DNA of 64,000 nucleotides from Selaginella moellendorffii (lineage: Eukaryota; Plantae; Lycopodiophyta): positions 183,490 through 247,489 of the forward strand of contig NW_003314351.1 of the NCBI RefSeq assembly GCF_000143415.4, given 5' to 3'. Positions 47,410-60,644 of this stretch are shown here, one piece after another. The notes beneath the pieces are model-generated. The model was not told the origin of the DNA and did not search any database. It was given only the letters and a program-made list of their open reading frames with translations. The number at the start of each line of letters is the position of its first letter. Position 1 is the stretch's first letter. The position numbers were made by a program, and so were the translations under genes.

Positions 47410-50283
47410 GGTGGGTGGCCATGGTGGAGTCTCCTGCCAAGGCCAAAAAGATAGAGAAGTACCTGGAAGAGAACTACGTGGCAAGCTATGGTAACATATG
47501 AGACTGAGTTAGCACAGCCAATGGTTTTTGACTGGGGTCGAGTACGATGACCTTCCTGGAATATATGACTACGCTCTCTTCCAGCTCGCAAGCGTAGTGG
47601 ATAGCCTCAAGGACAGCCTAGACGAGTACCAGTTTGGAAAATTCTTCCAGGTTGCTATACAAGCTTTCTGTCAAGGTTATTAACTCTGTGTGTTTCCACT
47701 TGAATGCAGTCGGTGCAACAGTATGCGGTGCTTGATCTGTCCAAGTTCTATCTGGAGATTTTGAAGGACAGATTATACCTGGGGTGAGCAAGCTTATTTA
47801 GTTCGGATCTTCCCTCGTTTCTGATCAGTTTTTCTGCAGGGGCTATGATAGCTCTACAAGAAGAAGCTGCCAAACGGTTCTAATTGAGTATCACCAGTTG
47901 TTCCACACTTGGCAAAGGACGCATGACCAGAAGGGCTCCAAAGCCGAAAGCGCGTCTGAAGCGTGGTGGACCAAACTAGACCCGTGATGGCAGACGATCT
48001 CTGTGCGTTTTCACGAAGCTGTGGTCACTTCTTCTAGAGGTGAGAAATTTTCCTTGCGAATCAACACTTGCAAGCCGTGACACTCGTTTGCATGCACAGC
48101 TTTGGGTGGAAGCAATCCTTTGCGTCGACGTTTGCTCCTGTCAGCTTTCCTGTCCTTGCTGATTCCAAGACTTTGTTAACTTGGAGGGGAGGACGACGTA
48201 CTCCACTCCACACTCCAAGCAATGGCCGACTTCGAGGAACACATCACAGGTAAGATCTTTCTCGTCAGATATTTTCTATATGCACGGGGAGAGAAAAAAA
48301 ACGCTTTTCTTCTCTCGCTCCGGAACACGAGAGTTGCAAGCTGGAGGGCTGAGGGCCAGAAATGTGATAGGTGTTGGAAATACTCGCCAGCCGACCAGAA
48401 CAGCACTCAAGGCAGCACAGGGGATGGTTCTAGCTGCTGATCCGGACAGAGAAGGAGAAGCCATCGCCTGGCACATTCTCGAGATGATTAAGCTGGAAGA
48501 CAATGAGATAACCAAAACAGCTGACTGAAACTGAAACAGGAGCTTGTGGACGCGAGCAAATCCGCTGCTCTCCTGACTGACCGGGTGGAGGAGATCAAGA
48601 GCTTTACTGTGGACGCAGAGATTTATCCAGCGGGCAAGTGAGCTTTCCGGCATCGTAAAGCTTCTGCGCCACCAGCAAAGTTGGAGGACGGTCAGAATGC
48701 AGGTCTCGGCTCAAGCCATCGAGAGCATTCAAAAGAGAGATACGGCAAGAACTATGTCCTTGGAAGTTTTGGTCCAACATGAGACCGACCGGCATCAAGA
48801 GTCTTCCATCGGACCTGGCGAATGTTTTGGAGCAGGATGCGTTGCGGCTGTATGCTCTCATCTAGAAGAGAACGATGGTGTGTCAGCTGGAGCAAGCCGT
48901 GTTTAATCACGTCTCTCTGGACGTGGAGGACCTGAAAGGCGTTGTGAGGCTGCGATCGACAGCATCAAGCATGGAGTTTCAGATCGTCTACAGGGGCAAA
49001 GACGGCCTTGCCAGTGAAAATGAAGACGAAGATTCAGGCGCGGAGAAGAAGCTTCCATCTCTCAAAGCTGGCAGTTGAGTCTCGGCCATGGACGTCAAGC
49101 ACAAGCAGAACGTCACCCAGCCGCCACCTCCATACACTGAAGGAAGCCTTGTGAAGAAAGAAGATGGAAAAGCTTGGGATGGGGAGGCCGTCGACGTACG
49201 CTCACGTCCTCAAGACCCTCCAGCTGCGGCAGTACATGCAAATCGAGAAGCAGCACACGTGTTCGAGGCCGGATGGTGGCGGCGTTTTTGTCCGGCTTCT
49301 TCACAGAGTTTGTGGACTACAGCTTCACGGCCAAGATGGAGGAGCAAGTCCGACGCTGTTTCGTCCAGGAGCATGAAATGGAAGGAAGTGTTGCAGCAGT
49401 TCTGGCCAAATTTCCACGACAAAGTCACGGCCACGGCCAAAGTTCCAACGCAACCTAGCTGCATTCTCCAAGCATGTCCAAGCTCTTGGTATGCAGTTGC
49501 TCGAGGCTGATCCCAGCTTAGCTCGAGTGGGAGTGTTGAGGACTTAAGCCGCAATCTCAAGCTGGGATGCCACGTCAGCAGAAGGGACACATCCGTTTAG
49601 GTTCTGTAGGTGATCACGCCCGACACATTCTGTTCTTGATCTGTCTTCCGCAATAAAGGTGGACCCAGCATGGAGCGCTGCTGCGCTCACAAGGCTGGGT
49701 GTCCCCATTTCATAACATACCGGACATGCTCGCCAGCCTCTTCTCGGACAAGCTCGCTGGCAAAGACACCCCCACACCCAGGAGCTCCACCTCGAGCTCA
49801 CGAACTTTAGAACCGGATACTTCCTCGGGTGCAATCGCTATCCTTCGTGCCACTACAGCAACAGTCTGGACACGAAGAGGAAGAGGAAGAATGCGGCTCA
49901 CCGGTGGCAAACTCTAGGAGCAAAGTTCTCAGGGTGGATTCCAACACGGGACTTCTGGTCTTGTACAAGGAGGGCCATATGGAGACTATGTGCAAATCCG
50001 CGAGGACACCAAAGGGAAGCTCAAGCCAAAGCTCCAAAGAGTTCCCGAGAGCATATACTATGACGCCATTACTCTGGAGATGGCGATGGAGCTGGTGAAG
50101 TATCCCAAGGAGCTGGGAGTGGATGAAGGAAAGCCGGTGATGATCGGGATTGGGAGGTTGGGTGTTACATTCGGAAGGAGGCTACTCGATTTATGTCCCA
50201 AAGGATCAACACTTGGAGGAGCTGACTTGGGAGATGGTGCTGGACTTTTTTGTGAAACAGAAACAAGATCGTCGCAAGAGTAA
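47410..50283 (+). pseudogene. Organellar (bacterial-type) DNA topoisomerase IA fragments, copy A, interrupted by IleRS fragments
   Basis: VESPAKAKKIEKYL..ASYG (TOPRIM, ~47410-47500), LAADPDREGEAIAWH (~48430), QPPPPYTEGSLVKK/MEKLGMGRPSTYA, FVDYSFTAKMEE, GYFLGCNRYPSCHY and ITLEMAMELVKYPKELG; frameshifted. Confidence 0.85.
47525..48390 (+). pseudogene. Organellar isoleucyl-tRNA synthetase C-terminal fragments with introns retained; one piece inverted
   Basis: DLPGIYDYALFQL..EYQFGKFFQ|..LDLSKFYLEILKDRLYLG|GYDSSTRRSCQTVL; the minus strand at ~48120-48180 reads VNKVLESARTGKLTGANVDAK; AEGQKCDRCW zinc finger at ~48345. Confidence 0.8.
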
Positions 50284-50639
50284 GTCACCTCAATTTTTTC
50301 TTCCACATGAAACACATGCCAAATCAAAGCGGAAAAGATATATCCAAGCAAACCATGGCAAAACGAAGAAGAAGAAAAAAGCTATATCCTGATGTATAGC
50401 AAATCTAGGCTTTGCAAATCTCCAAAGCCAATTTTTTCTCAATTGTTTGAAAGTCCTATCAGTATATCCAAGTGGACTTCATGGATTTTTGGACCACCAA
50501 GACTGCCGCGTGGACGAAGACTGCACGAGCGCTTTCCCGCCCATGCGTTTTTGACCCGCCAAGGTTGCTCCATATAAGAAGGAAAGCATTTCGAAGCAGA
50601 GCTTCGTGGCAAAGGGAAAAAAAGAGATTTAGTTTGAGC

Positions 50640-51690
50640 TCCAGACTTTGCTTGCGTTTAAAGGAGGTTTATCGAATTACACTGCTCTATCTGGCTGGAC
50701 AATGGAAAATTCTCACAATCTCTGTGTGACTTGGCAAGGAGAGACCTGCAGTAATGTTACTGGTCACGTTATAATGCTTGATTTGGAGGATCTCAATCTG
50801 GAAGGAATAATCAGTCCGGAAGTATTGAGGTTGAAAATTCTGGAGGTGCTTGACCTCTCTTGGAATGAGCGGACTGGCCCTCTACCAAAAGAGTTTGGAT
50901 TGATGAAGAAACTGAAAAAATTGTATTTGTCATGCGAAATTCAGGATTTTATTGGCAATTTCTCATCGCTCGAATTTATATTGACATTGGTATTGTACGA
51001 ATTTCTTATGACGATATTTTTTTGAAGGTTTTATACCAACCTCTTCTCCAAATTTTGTCTTTGGGTCGTTTGAATGATACTGGGTCAATCCGAAAAGAAA
51101 TATATTTGGAGGAGCTTCATGTAATGGATTGCTCTTTGAGAGGCTCATTACCACCACAACTTGGTGTTTAATTTAGAATTCTGGATTTGTCTTACAACTT
51201 TCTATCAGGTGATATTCCATCATTTTCAAATAATCTTCTAAATAATCTCAATAACAACATGTTCAGTGGTAGCATACCAGTCAGAATAGGTCAACTGGGA
51301 GGAATACAATTCATTGACCTTAGCAATAACAAATTTACAGGTTATATACCAACGATCTTGGCATTTATCAAATTTAAGTTATCTTGCATTGGATAACAAT
51401 TTGTTGACTAAACCTGCTACCTTGACAATCGGATCAATTGGTTACTTGGATATGGAAACAATTTCAGGGTCTATTTCATTGAAAATGATATGTTTATTTT
51501 TGTCAAACATAATGCTCACTAGGGAAATACCATGAATTAGTCTTGGGTCTTTATGTAATTTGGAAGGCTTGGATATGAGCAATAATAGCTTAGTTTGGGG
51601 TCTGCCAAATTGGCTCAAGCACTGCACTAATCTATATTTTCTTATTGTCGATAGTAACTCGTTGAGTGGAAAGATTGCAGCAGATGTCTT
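50640..51690 (+). pseudogene. LRR receptor-like protein pseudogene fragment (inverted copy of the 56.8-59.0 kb gene)
   Basis: LLAFKGG...LSGWTMENSHNLCVTWQGETCSNVTGHVIMLDL (LRRNT) followed by broken LRRs. Confidence 0.8.
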
Positions 51691-53530
51691 TTCTTTTCTT
51701 TTCTTTTCTCTACATCTTGGACTGTTTTTCTCCTCTGATTTTTCACAGGCACGCTCAAGCAAGACGATGAAGATCTTCGAGGTGACGTTTCTAATAATGC
51801 AAAGCAGCTGGTGTTCTAAAGGCTGTTGGAGATTTCCACCAAGAAGAAATTGCCCAAGTAAGTTCTTCTAAATGTAATATCGGTTTTGAAAATGTTTGGT
51901 GCTTTTCCAAGATTCCTTTGATGAACCGTTTTTATCAACAATAAGAATATGTAGATTAGTGCAGTGCTTGAGCCAATTTGGCAGACCCCAAACTAAGCTA
52001 CTTGGAGGGCCTTCAAGACCTTGAGATCGACTATTCTCAAGTTTTACTCTAAGAGACTTATCCTTCAACAAATCACAAATGATCAATGAGTATCAACTAC
52101 CATCGATTCCTCCAAAGAGACGATAAAACAAGAAAATGGGCTGCTCTCACGGGAAAGGTGGTGGCCATGGTGGAGTCTCCTGCCAAGGCCAAAACGATAG
52201 AGAAGTACCTGGAAGAGAATTATGTGGCGAGCTATGGTAACATATGAGACCGAGTTAGCACAGCCGATGGTTTTTGACTGGGGTCGAGTACAATGACCTT
52301 CCTGGAATATATGACTACGCTCTCTTCCAGCTTGCAAGCGTAATGGATAGCCTCAAGGACAGCCTAGACGAGTACCAGTTTGGAAAATTCTTCCAGGTTG
52401 CTATACAAGCTTTCCATCAAGGTTATTAACTCTGTGCGTTTCCACTTGAATGCAGTCGGTGCAACGGTATGGTGCTTGATCTGTCCAACTTCTATCTGGA
52501 GATTTTGAAGGACAGATTATACCTGGGGTGAGCAAGTTTCTTTCGTTTGGATCTTCCCTTGTTTCTGATCAATTTTCCTGCAGGGGCTATGATAGCTCTA
52601 CAAGAAGAAGCTGCCAAACGCTGTATCTGGCCTGTGGTGTATCACCAGTTGTTCCACACTTGGCAAAGGACGCATGACCAGAAGGGCTCCAAAGCCGAAA
52701 GCGTGTTTGAGGCGTGGTGGACCAAACTAGACCCGTGATGGAGGACGATCTCTGTGCGTTTTCACGAAGCTGTGGTCACTTCTTCTAGAGGTGAGAAACT
52801 TTCCTTGCGAATCTGCAAGCTGTGACACTCGTTTGCATGCACAGCTTTGGGTGGAAGCAATCCTTTGCGTCGAGGTTTGCTCCTATCAGCTTTCGTATCC
52901 TTGCTGCCTCCAAGACTTTGTAACTTGGAGGGGAGGACGACGTACTCCGCTCCACACTCCAAGCAATGGCCGCCTTCGAGGAACACGTTATAGTCTTGAC
53001 ATCACAGGTAACAGGGAGAAAAAAAAAAGCTTTTCTTGTCTCGCTCAGGTGGAAGTTGTCAATCTGCGAAGACGGAACATGGGAGCTGTAAGCTGGAGGG
53101 CTGAGGGCCAGAAATGTGATAGGTGTTGGAAGTTCTCGCAGCACAGGGGGTGGTTCTAGCTTCTGATCCAGATAGAAGGAGAAGCCATCGCCTGGCACAT
53201 TCTCGAGATGATTAAGCTGGAAGGCAAAGAGCATTCAAAAGAGAGATACGGCAAGAATGTCCTCGATGTTTTGGTCCAACACGAGACTGACCGGCATCAA
53301 GAGTCTTCCATCGGACCTGGCGAGTGTTTTGGAGCAGGATGCATTGGCTGTATGCTTTCATCTGGAGGACAATGATGGCGTGTCAGCTGGAGCAAGCCGT
53401 GTTTAATCTCAGGACGTGGAGGACCCGAAAGGCGTTGTGAGGCTGCGATTGACAGTATTCACCGTGGAGTTTCCAGGCTTTCAGATTACAGGGACCTCGC
53501 CGGTGAAAACGAAGACGAAGAATCAGCCGT
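51690..53530 (+). pseudogene. Copy B of the topoisomerase IA/IleRS chimera (direct repeat of ~47060-49070), with a small inverted LRR insert at ~51925-52090
   Basis: Near-identical to copy A across the same chimeric junctions, e.g. ...gcacagcc(a/g)atggtttttgactggggtcgag.... Confidence 0.85.
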
Positions 53531-53904
53531 GGTTCCATCGCTCAAAGTTGAGTAGGCGACCGCTCTTGACCTCAAGTGCCTGTGTAACGTACGTCAGCAC
53601 GACTTTACAGCCAATTGAACTGAATGCTTACGGTAGGAGAAAAGAATTAGTCTCCAGAAGGTTATCCAGTGAAACTGTTTCACGCACCTCAAGGACCGCG
53701 GAATCTTTACTTGAATTGTAAAAATGTGGCTACCACAAGGAGGAGGTGAACCTAGCCTTGGAACAGAACCAAATTATTCTTGGGTAAAGAACCCAAGGTC
53801 TTGTTGCAATGGCTGAACAAAACCAGAAATTAGCTGGTCGTCGAATACTTAATGCTCTCAAGGTTTAGTACCTGGCAGACAGGGAGGTCACGCAAGTGAT
53901 GACT

Positions 53905-54830
53905 AGTTGCTCCTCCTGCTTGACCGTGAAGCCGTAGTCCAGAAACTCAGTGAAGCCGCCACCATCCGGCCTCGAACGCATGCGCTGCTTCTCGATTTGC
54001 ATGTATTGCCGCAGCTGGAGAGTTTTGAGGACGTGACCGTACGTCGACGGCCTCCCGATCCCAAGCTCTTCCACCTTCTTTCTTCACAAGGCTTCCTTCG
54101 GTGTAGGGTGAAGTGCTGCTTGTGCTTGATGTCCATGGCCGAGACGTAGCTGCCAGCGTGATCGATGGGAGGTTCTTCTCCATGCCTGATTCTTCGTCAT
54201 CTTTGCCCCTGTAGACGATCTCATAGCCTGGAAACTCCATGCTTGATGCTGTCGATCGCAGCCTCACAGCGCCTTTCGGGTCGTCCATGTTTAGAGAGAC
54301 ATGATTAGACACGCTGACACGCCATCGTTCTCCTCCAGATGAAAGCATACAGCCGCAACGCATCCTGCTCTACAACATTCGCCAGCTCTGATGGAAAACT
54401 CGATGCCTGTCGGTCTTATTGCCTCGTGAGCTTCCTGGGTTTGGATGAAAACTCGCCATATCTCTCGTCTGTCCGTCCTCATGTACATTATAAGACCGAC
54501 AAGCTTAACACCTACGTAAAGCTGCTCTGCCAGCAACATCGTTTTCGAAGGACCGAAGCCAATCTTGCTTGATGTGATATATGGCCGCGGAGCATTCCTT
54601 CGGACAACACTTTGAGGGAGCTCTTCGAGATGTAGTTGGCAGGAGCCTCAGCGTCGCCAGCAGTGAGCAAGAACTGGTCCAGTTCGATGCAGTTGTAGCT
54701 CACAAGCCGTGCCGGAAAGCTCAGTTGTCCCTTGCTGTCTGCTGGAGAAATCTCTGCGCAGTACTGTCAAGGAGCTCTCGATCTCCTTCTCCAAGCCAGT
54801 AGCAGACTGGACTCTTCCAGCGAATTTACT
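53905..54830 (-). pseudogene. Topoisomerase IA fragments, copy C (inverted)
   Basis: AGRVQSA, LAEQLY..GLIMYMRTD (catalytic Tyr motif), QEAHEAIRPT and MEELGIGRPSTY; frameshifted. Confidence 0.8.
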
Positions 54831-54974
54831 AAGCCCCTTCTTCATGATGCCTGGCACATTCTCGAGATGATTAAGCTGGAAGGCGATGGCTTTGGCTTCA
54901 GCCTTCTTCTTGCTTCTTGAGGACTTACTTCGAATCTCCACCATCTTTTCCTCCCTTGGGAGGCGCTCTTCGCG

Positions 54975-56650
54975 GAGGCGGTCGGGCAACACATAACTGG
55001 TGAGATTTCCGAGCTAAATTCTCCAAATTGACGCGAGGATCTCGCATGATCCGGAAATTTTACTAAGAATGTGAGAGGTTTGGCTGATGATGGTGAATTT
55101 TCTTGCAGAGTTTGATGCTCTCACGGGCTGTAAGCTCTCGAGCATCAATATTGGAGCTTCCGTCGTGCGTATGGCATATAGTCCTGCTGGCGGGCATGTA
55201 ATTGTCGCAGTTCTAGAGGTATGATACAGCTCTTGGCATAGATCTTTTGCATGAATTGGATTCTTTTTTTTTTCCTCCCAGGATTGGAGCATTAAGTCGT
55301 GGGTTCTAAATACCTAGCACACGCATTTTCTTTATTCTCCAGCCAAGAAAACACACAGGATCTCAGAAGGGATGGAGATACACATTGCTCTGACACCACT
55401 TCGACCGTGGCTGTTCTCTGGAACGTATCGGCGTTCAAGTGTAAATGGTAAGTCTTTTTCTTGTATCATTTTATGCGTCACGTTTAGTTGTGGGGACTAT
55501 AGAAGGTGCCAAACCAGCTATCATTATTAAGACTGATCTGGAAAACCCAGTCACTGGTCTTGCTTGCCATCCAAGAAGTCCCCTTCTGGTACCTACATAT
55601 TTGCTTTAGATTTGTTGACATTTTTGCTAATTCGGATCTGTTTGAACAGTTCGTTTCGCATGCTGAAGGTATTCGGGCATATCACATACAGTCTTTCACC
55701 GTGCAGTATATGTTGCAAAGTATGTTCCTTCTATGTCAACTATTTGTAGCCGAACCATTTTTGCAGTTGATACGTCAAGAAAACTAGTTGGAGCAGGAGC
55801 GTTTGCGTTTCATCCGACATTAGAAAGGGGTTTTTCTTGGCGACAGTAGCGGCACACTAATAGCATGAGACGTCTTAAGCCCCAACACAACCCAGTATGA
55901 TTGGAATGCAGGTACAAGTCTACCTGTTTGCTTGTGGATGCTAATGTTCATTAAACTTGGCAGTACTCAAGAGTCAATATCAGCTCTTCCCTGGCATTCT
56001 ATGTTGCGGTTACTCGTGACTCTTTCAAACGATGGCATGGTGCAGGTGTGGAGGACGAGGGTCATTCTGAGTTCGAATAAGCCTCCCATGCGTGCGAACT
56101 TCTTCGAGTCTGCAGGTAACTTCATACTGGCTATTCACTAGATAGTTTCATTAAGTCGTCCTTGTTTTCTTTTCTTGAGAGAAGCTACGGAGCAGCTATT
56201 CTCTGTGCTACGAAGTGCTACGGGCTCCCCAGGTTGGATTTAGCATTTGTTGAAATGATTTGGAGCTAAGATATAAGATCTGTTTTGAAGGAAAAACTTG
56301 TACTTTTGGGCTCGGCTGGCATTCTTTCTGACTATGAGCTGCAGATGCAACGGAAGGGTAAGCATCATACAATTGATCAGATACAGTAACCACGTCTTTA
56401 ACAGCATGACAATGTCCGACTTTGTGCGAAAGGCATTTTTGTATGGAGTAAGCACACATGCCATAATATTGACACTTATGCTATTTGGTTTGAAACATGG
56501 GAACCAAGAGACACTACTTCATTTAGACTACCGCATGAGTCATCACTTGCACGATCTCCCTGTCTGCCAGGTACTAAACATTAAACAGTAAGTATTTGAA
56601 TTTCTTGTTTTGTTCAGCCATTTGCAACAAGACCTTGGGTTCTTTGGATA
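54975..56650 (+). pseudogene. TWD40-2 (TPLATE/TSET complex WD40 subunit) 5' fragment with introns
   Basis: EFDALTGCKLSSINIGASVVRMAYSP, IHIALTPLRP, VVGTIEG...IKTDL, AFHPTL and QVWRTRVI...ANFFE match remembered Arabidopsis TWD40-2; in-frame stops present. Confidence 0.75.
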
Positions 56651-56810
56651 CCCTACCTGGGCCAATGGAAGTCAGAAATGCCGCTGAGGATGAGCTTGAG
56701 AGCTCCCATTAAGCTCCCATTTTACATGTTACTAGTTGACGATTCTGTGGAGTTCCATAGACCCTAATCCTTCGTAAATATGCTCGTATATATATTTTAA
56801 ATATGCATGC

Positions 56811-59025
56811 CTATACGAGTGAAATTAACAAAACAATGAAGCCAAGTGTAAATGCCCATAATGACATATTTTCCTGCCACCAGCTGCTATTACTGTTAAA
56901 GTGCTTATAAACCAGCAAGGTAGAGTAATTATTGCTGGGACACTCTTTGTCGAATAGCTTTCCACACAAGCCTGAATTTTCCAAATAACTTGACTTATCA
57001 AATGTGCTCATTTGCCTGGGTCCAAATGGAATCATACCTTCAAGCCTGTTAAATGAAAGATTCAGAGATGACAATGAATGAAGGTCTTGAAACGTGTTGG
57101 GGATGGGTTCAATAATGTTGTTAAAGGAGAAGTCCAGCTGCTTTAGCTGTACTATCTTGACCAGAGTTTGGGGAATGTTTCCAGAAAAGTGATTATTGGA
57201 GTGATTGAGGATGCGGAGTCTAATCAACTCACCCAAATACGAAGGAATCACTCCTGTCAATTGGTTGGATGACAGATCAAGGATGGTATTTGATGGATCA
57301 AAATATGGAAATTGTTGTTCTCTTCCTTTGACCATAAGCCATAATGGTGCCCATTCTTGATCACTAAAATTCATATGTTTGAATGCATCTAATTGGCTTA
57401 TAGAACATGAAAGACATCCTTCAAACTTGTTGCGGGAGAGGTCAAGGACGTGAAGGTGGGTCATGTTCCACAACCAATCAGGTATTGGTCCATGCAAGTT
57501 GTTTTCACCCATGCTCAGCACTCTGAGACTTTTGAAATGTGAAAGAAATGAAGGAACTTTCCCAAAAAAATTGTTATCACTGATGATAATGTACTATATT
57601 TCTTGTGATAGACTTTTTGGTAGCTCACCTTCAAATTTGTTATGTGAGAGTGAAACATATTCAAGACTTGTCATGTTTTTGAAGACATCTGCAGCAAGCT
57701 TTCCACTCAAAGAGTTATCATCAACCTGAAAAAAATATAGATGAGTGCAGTCCTTGAGCCAATTTAGCAGACCCCCAACCAATCTATTACCGCTCACATC
57801 CAAGAACCGCAAAGCACATGAAAACCCAGGACTAGTTCTTGGCATTTCCCCAGTGAGCTTCTCTACCAAATTTAGGTGGTGCACATCCCTTGAAATGGGT
57901 GGCATATGTCCATTGAATCTGTTCCGTGATAAATACAATTCTTCAATTGAAGTTGTTGTCAAGAAATTTGGTAAGGTGCCATTTAAGCTGTTGTTATGAG
58001 CTTTCAGATTTGATAGCTGCCCTAAGTTCATTGATATAGCACCAGTCAACAAATTGTTACCCAAAGACAAGATATCTTAAATTTGATAAATGCCCCAAGG
58101 TTGTTGGTATATTACCTATGAACCTGTTATTGCTAAGGTCAAGGATGATTAGTCCTCCCATTTGTCCTAAGTTGACTGGTATGCTACCACCAAACATGTT
58201 GTCACTAAGATCTAAACTCTGGAGATTACTTGAATATGATGGAATATCACCTGATAGAAAGTTGTTGGACAAATCCAAAAACCTAAATTGAACAGCAAGT
58301 TGTGGTGGTAATGAGCCTGTCAAGGAGCAATGTCTTAGAGCAAGCATCTCCAAACGAGTTGAGTTCCATATTTCTTTTGGGATTGCATTCAAACCACTCA
58401 AAGACAAAAGTGTGAGAAGAGGTAGAAGCGTGAGTGACAATGGTATAAAACCTTCAATAATGTTATGAGGCTCAATGTGTATCTCCTCCAGCTTACTGCA
58501 GTTACCAAGCTCCTCAGGGATTGACCCAAAAATATTGGCATCGAAAATTCCAAAGTGACGTAGGTTTTTTAGCTGCCCAATTGACCTGGGTATTCCACCA
58601 CTGTTGAAGTCACTAACTTCGAAAACCTCAAGATATGAGAAATTGCCAATAAATTCCGGAATTTCACATGGCAAATGCATTTTTTTCAGTTTCTTCTTTT
58701 GCTAAAGGGCAATCAGCTTATTCCAAGAGAGGTCAAGCACCTCCAGATTTTTCAACCTGGATACTTCCGGACTGATTATTCCTTTCAGACTGAGATCCCT
58801 TAAATCGAGCATTATAACGTGACCAGTAACATTACTGCAGGTCACTCCTTCCCAGGACACACAGAGATTGTGAGAATTTTCCATTGTCCAGCCGGATAGA
58901 GCAGTGTGATTTGATAAACCTCCTTTAAACGCAAGCAAAGCCTGGAGCTCATACATTTCCCATGCCTGTATACAAGCTGAAATGCAGAGCATGACATAAG
59001 CACCAAGAACAAGAGCCCCTCCCAT
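56811..59025 (-). pseudogene. LRR receptor-like protein (signal peptide, LRRNT, LRRs, island, TM) broken into four frames
   Basis: ORFs 58702-59025, 58057-58680, 57594-58070 and 56811-57521. Island exit VKGREQ...LDLSSNQLTGVIP, juxtamembrane SSYLENSGLCG, C-terminal TM and no kinase domain. Confidence 0.82.
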
Positions 59026-59289
59026 GCCTGCAATGAACTAAATTTCTTCTCTTCTCGTTGCCACGAAGTTCAGCTCGAAATGCTTTCCTTTTTATGTGGA
59101 GCAAGCTTGCCGCCGGAAAGCGCTCGTGCAGTCTTCGTCCATGCGGCAGTCTTCGTGGTCCAAAAATCCTGGGTCTCTTCTTGCGGCTTTGCTGTTCGTT
59201 TAGATTTTCTCGCAGGAGACTTCTGCAGTCTGCTGGCTCTCAGCAGTCAAAGCCACTCCATTCATCCCTTTCCTTTTCTACTGCTAGCC

Positions 59290-60290
59290 TGGCAAATTGG
59301 AAGAGCACAGATTTGTGGGCTGACCACGGATTTTCGGCCTGACTGTGCAATCCAGTCCCGCTGGCTCTAAATCCAACATGGGGCAATGGCGGCTGCGGTC
59401 GGGCAACAGTGGTGAGATTTCCGAGCTAAATTCTCCGCGTGATCCGGAAATTTTACTAAGAATGTGAGCTGATGTTGGTGAATTTTCTTGCAGAGTTTGA
59501 TGCTCTTACGGGCTGTAAGCTCTCTAGCATCAGATCTGAAAAAGCCATGGCCTTGCTTGCCATCCAAGAAGTCCTCTTCTGGTACCTACGTCTTTGCCTT
59601 ATTTGGGCATATCACATATAGTCTTTCTCCGTGCAGTATATCTTGCAAAGTATGTTCCTTCTATGTCTTTCATTACGTAACCGAACCATTTTTGCAGTTG
59701 ATATGTCAATAAAACTAGTTGAAGCAGGAGCGTTTGCATGACATTAGGATTTGGCGGCACACTAATAGCATGGGGCGTCTAAGTCCCAACACAACCAGTA
59801 TGATTGGGATGTAAGTACAAGTCTAGCTGTTTGCTTCTGGATGCTAATGTTCATTAAACTTGGCAGTACTCACGTCTCAATATCAGCTCTTCCTGGCATT
59901 CTATGTTGTGGTTACTTGTGACTCTTTCAAAGGATTGCATGGTGCAGGTGTGGAGGACAAGGGTCTCCAATGCGTGCGAACTTCTTCGAGTCTGCAGGTA
60001 ACATTATACTAGTTATTCACTATAGGGGTAGTTTCATTACGTCCTTGTTTCTTTTTCTTCTAGGCGTTGAAAGTTTGTATGTTGCTATGGTTCTGGCTCC
60101 ATGTAGCGGTGACACTATATATCCTGTCCCGAAGTTCACTGACTTTCTCTTACATCTAATGCACAAGTATTGTTTACGGTACGTTGTATAATAGATTCCT
60201 TACGTCAAGCTAAACCTTGTCCTTATAGAGCAACAGTGGGAAAGAGAAGCGAGAAGAAGAGCATCAGTTGTGTCAAGAGAAGCTAGGAAG
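59290..60290 (+). pseudogene. Second, more deleted TWD40-2 fragment
   Basis: Direct repeat of 54975-56160 with internal deletions. Confidence 0.75.
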
Positions 60291-60555
60291 TTGTATACAG
60301 GCATGGGAAATGTATGAGCTCCAGGCTTTGCTTGCGTTTAAAGGAGGTTTATCGAATCACACCGCTCTATCTGGCTGGACAATGGAAAATTCTCACAATC
60401 TCTGTGTGTCTTGGGAAGGAGTGACCTCCAGTAATGTTACTGGTCACGTTATAATGCTCGATTTTTCTGGTCTCAATCTGGAAGTCTGGAAGTATCCAGG
60501 TTGAAAAATCTGACCTCTCTTGGAATGAGCGGACTGGTCCTCTACCAAAAGAGTA
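60290..60555 (+). pseudogene. Third LRR-RLP N-terminal fragment
   Basis: CIQAWEMYELQALLAFKGGLSNHTALSGWTMENSHNLCVSWEGV, near-identical to the reverse complement of ~58700-58975. Confidence 0.85.
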
Positions 60556-60644
60556 TCCAAACAGAGAAAAGGTTTTTCCTCTGCGAACTGTGGTATAGTT
60601 GAAAGGATCGCATCCAGCCTTGACTGCTTGGAGTGAATGAAGAG

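Noticed and set aside
47410-54830. Bacterial-type topoisomerase IA and IleRS as horizontal transfer or contamination
   Set aside because: The IleRS pieces carry spliceosomal introns and both families are standard nucleus-encoded organellar enzymes in plants.
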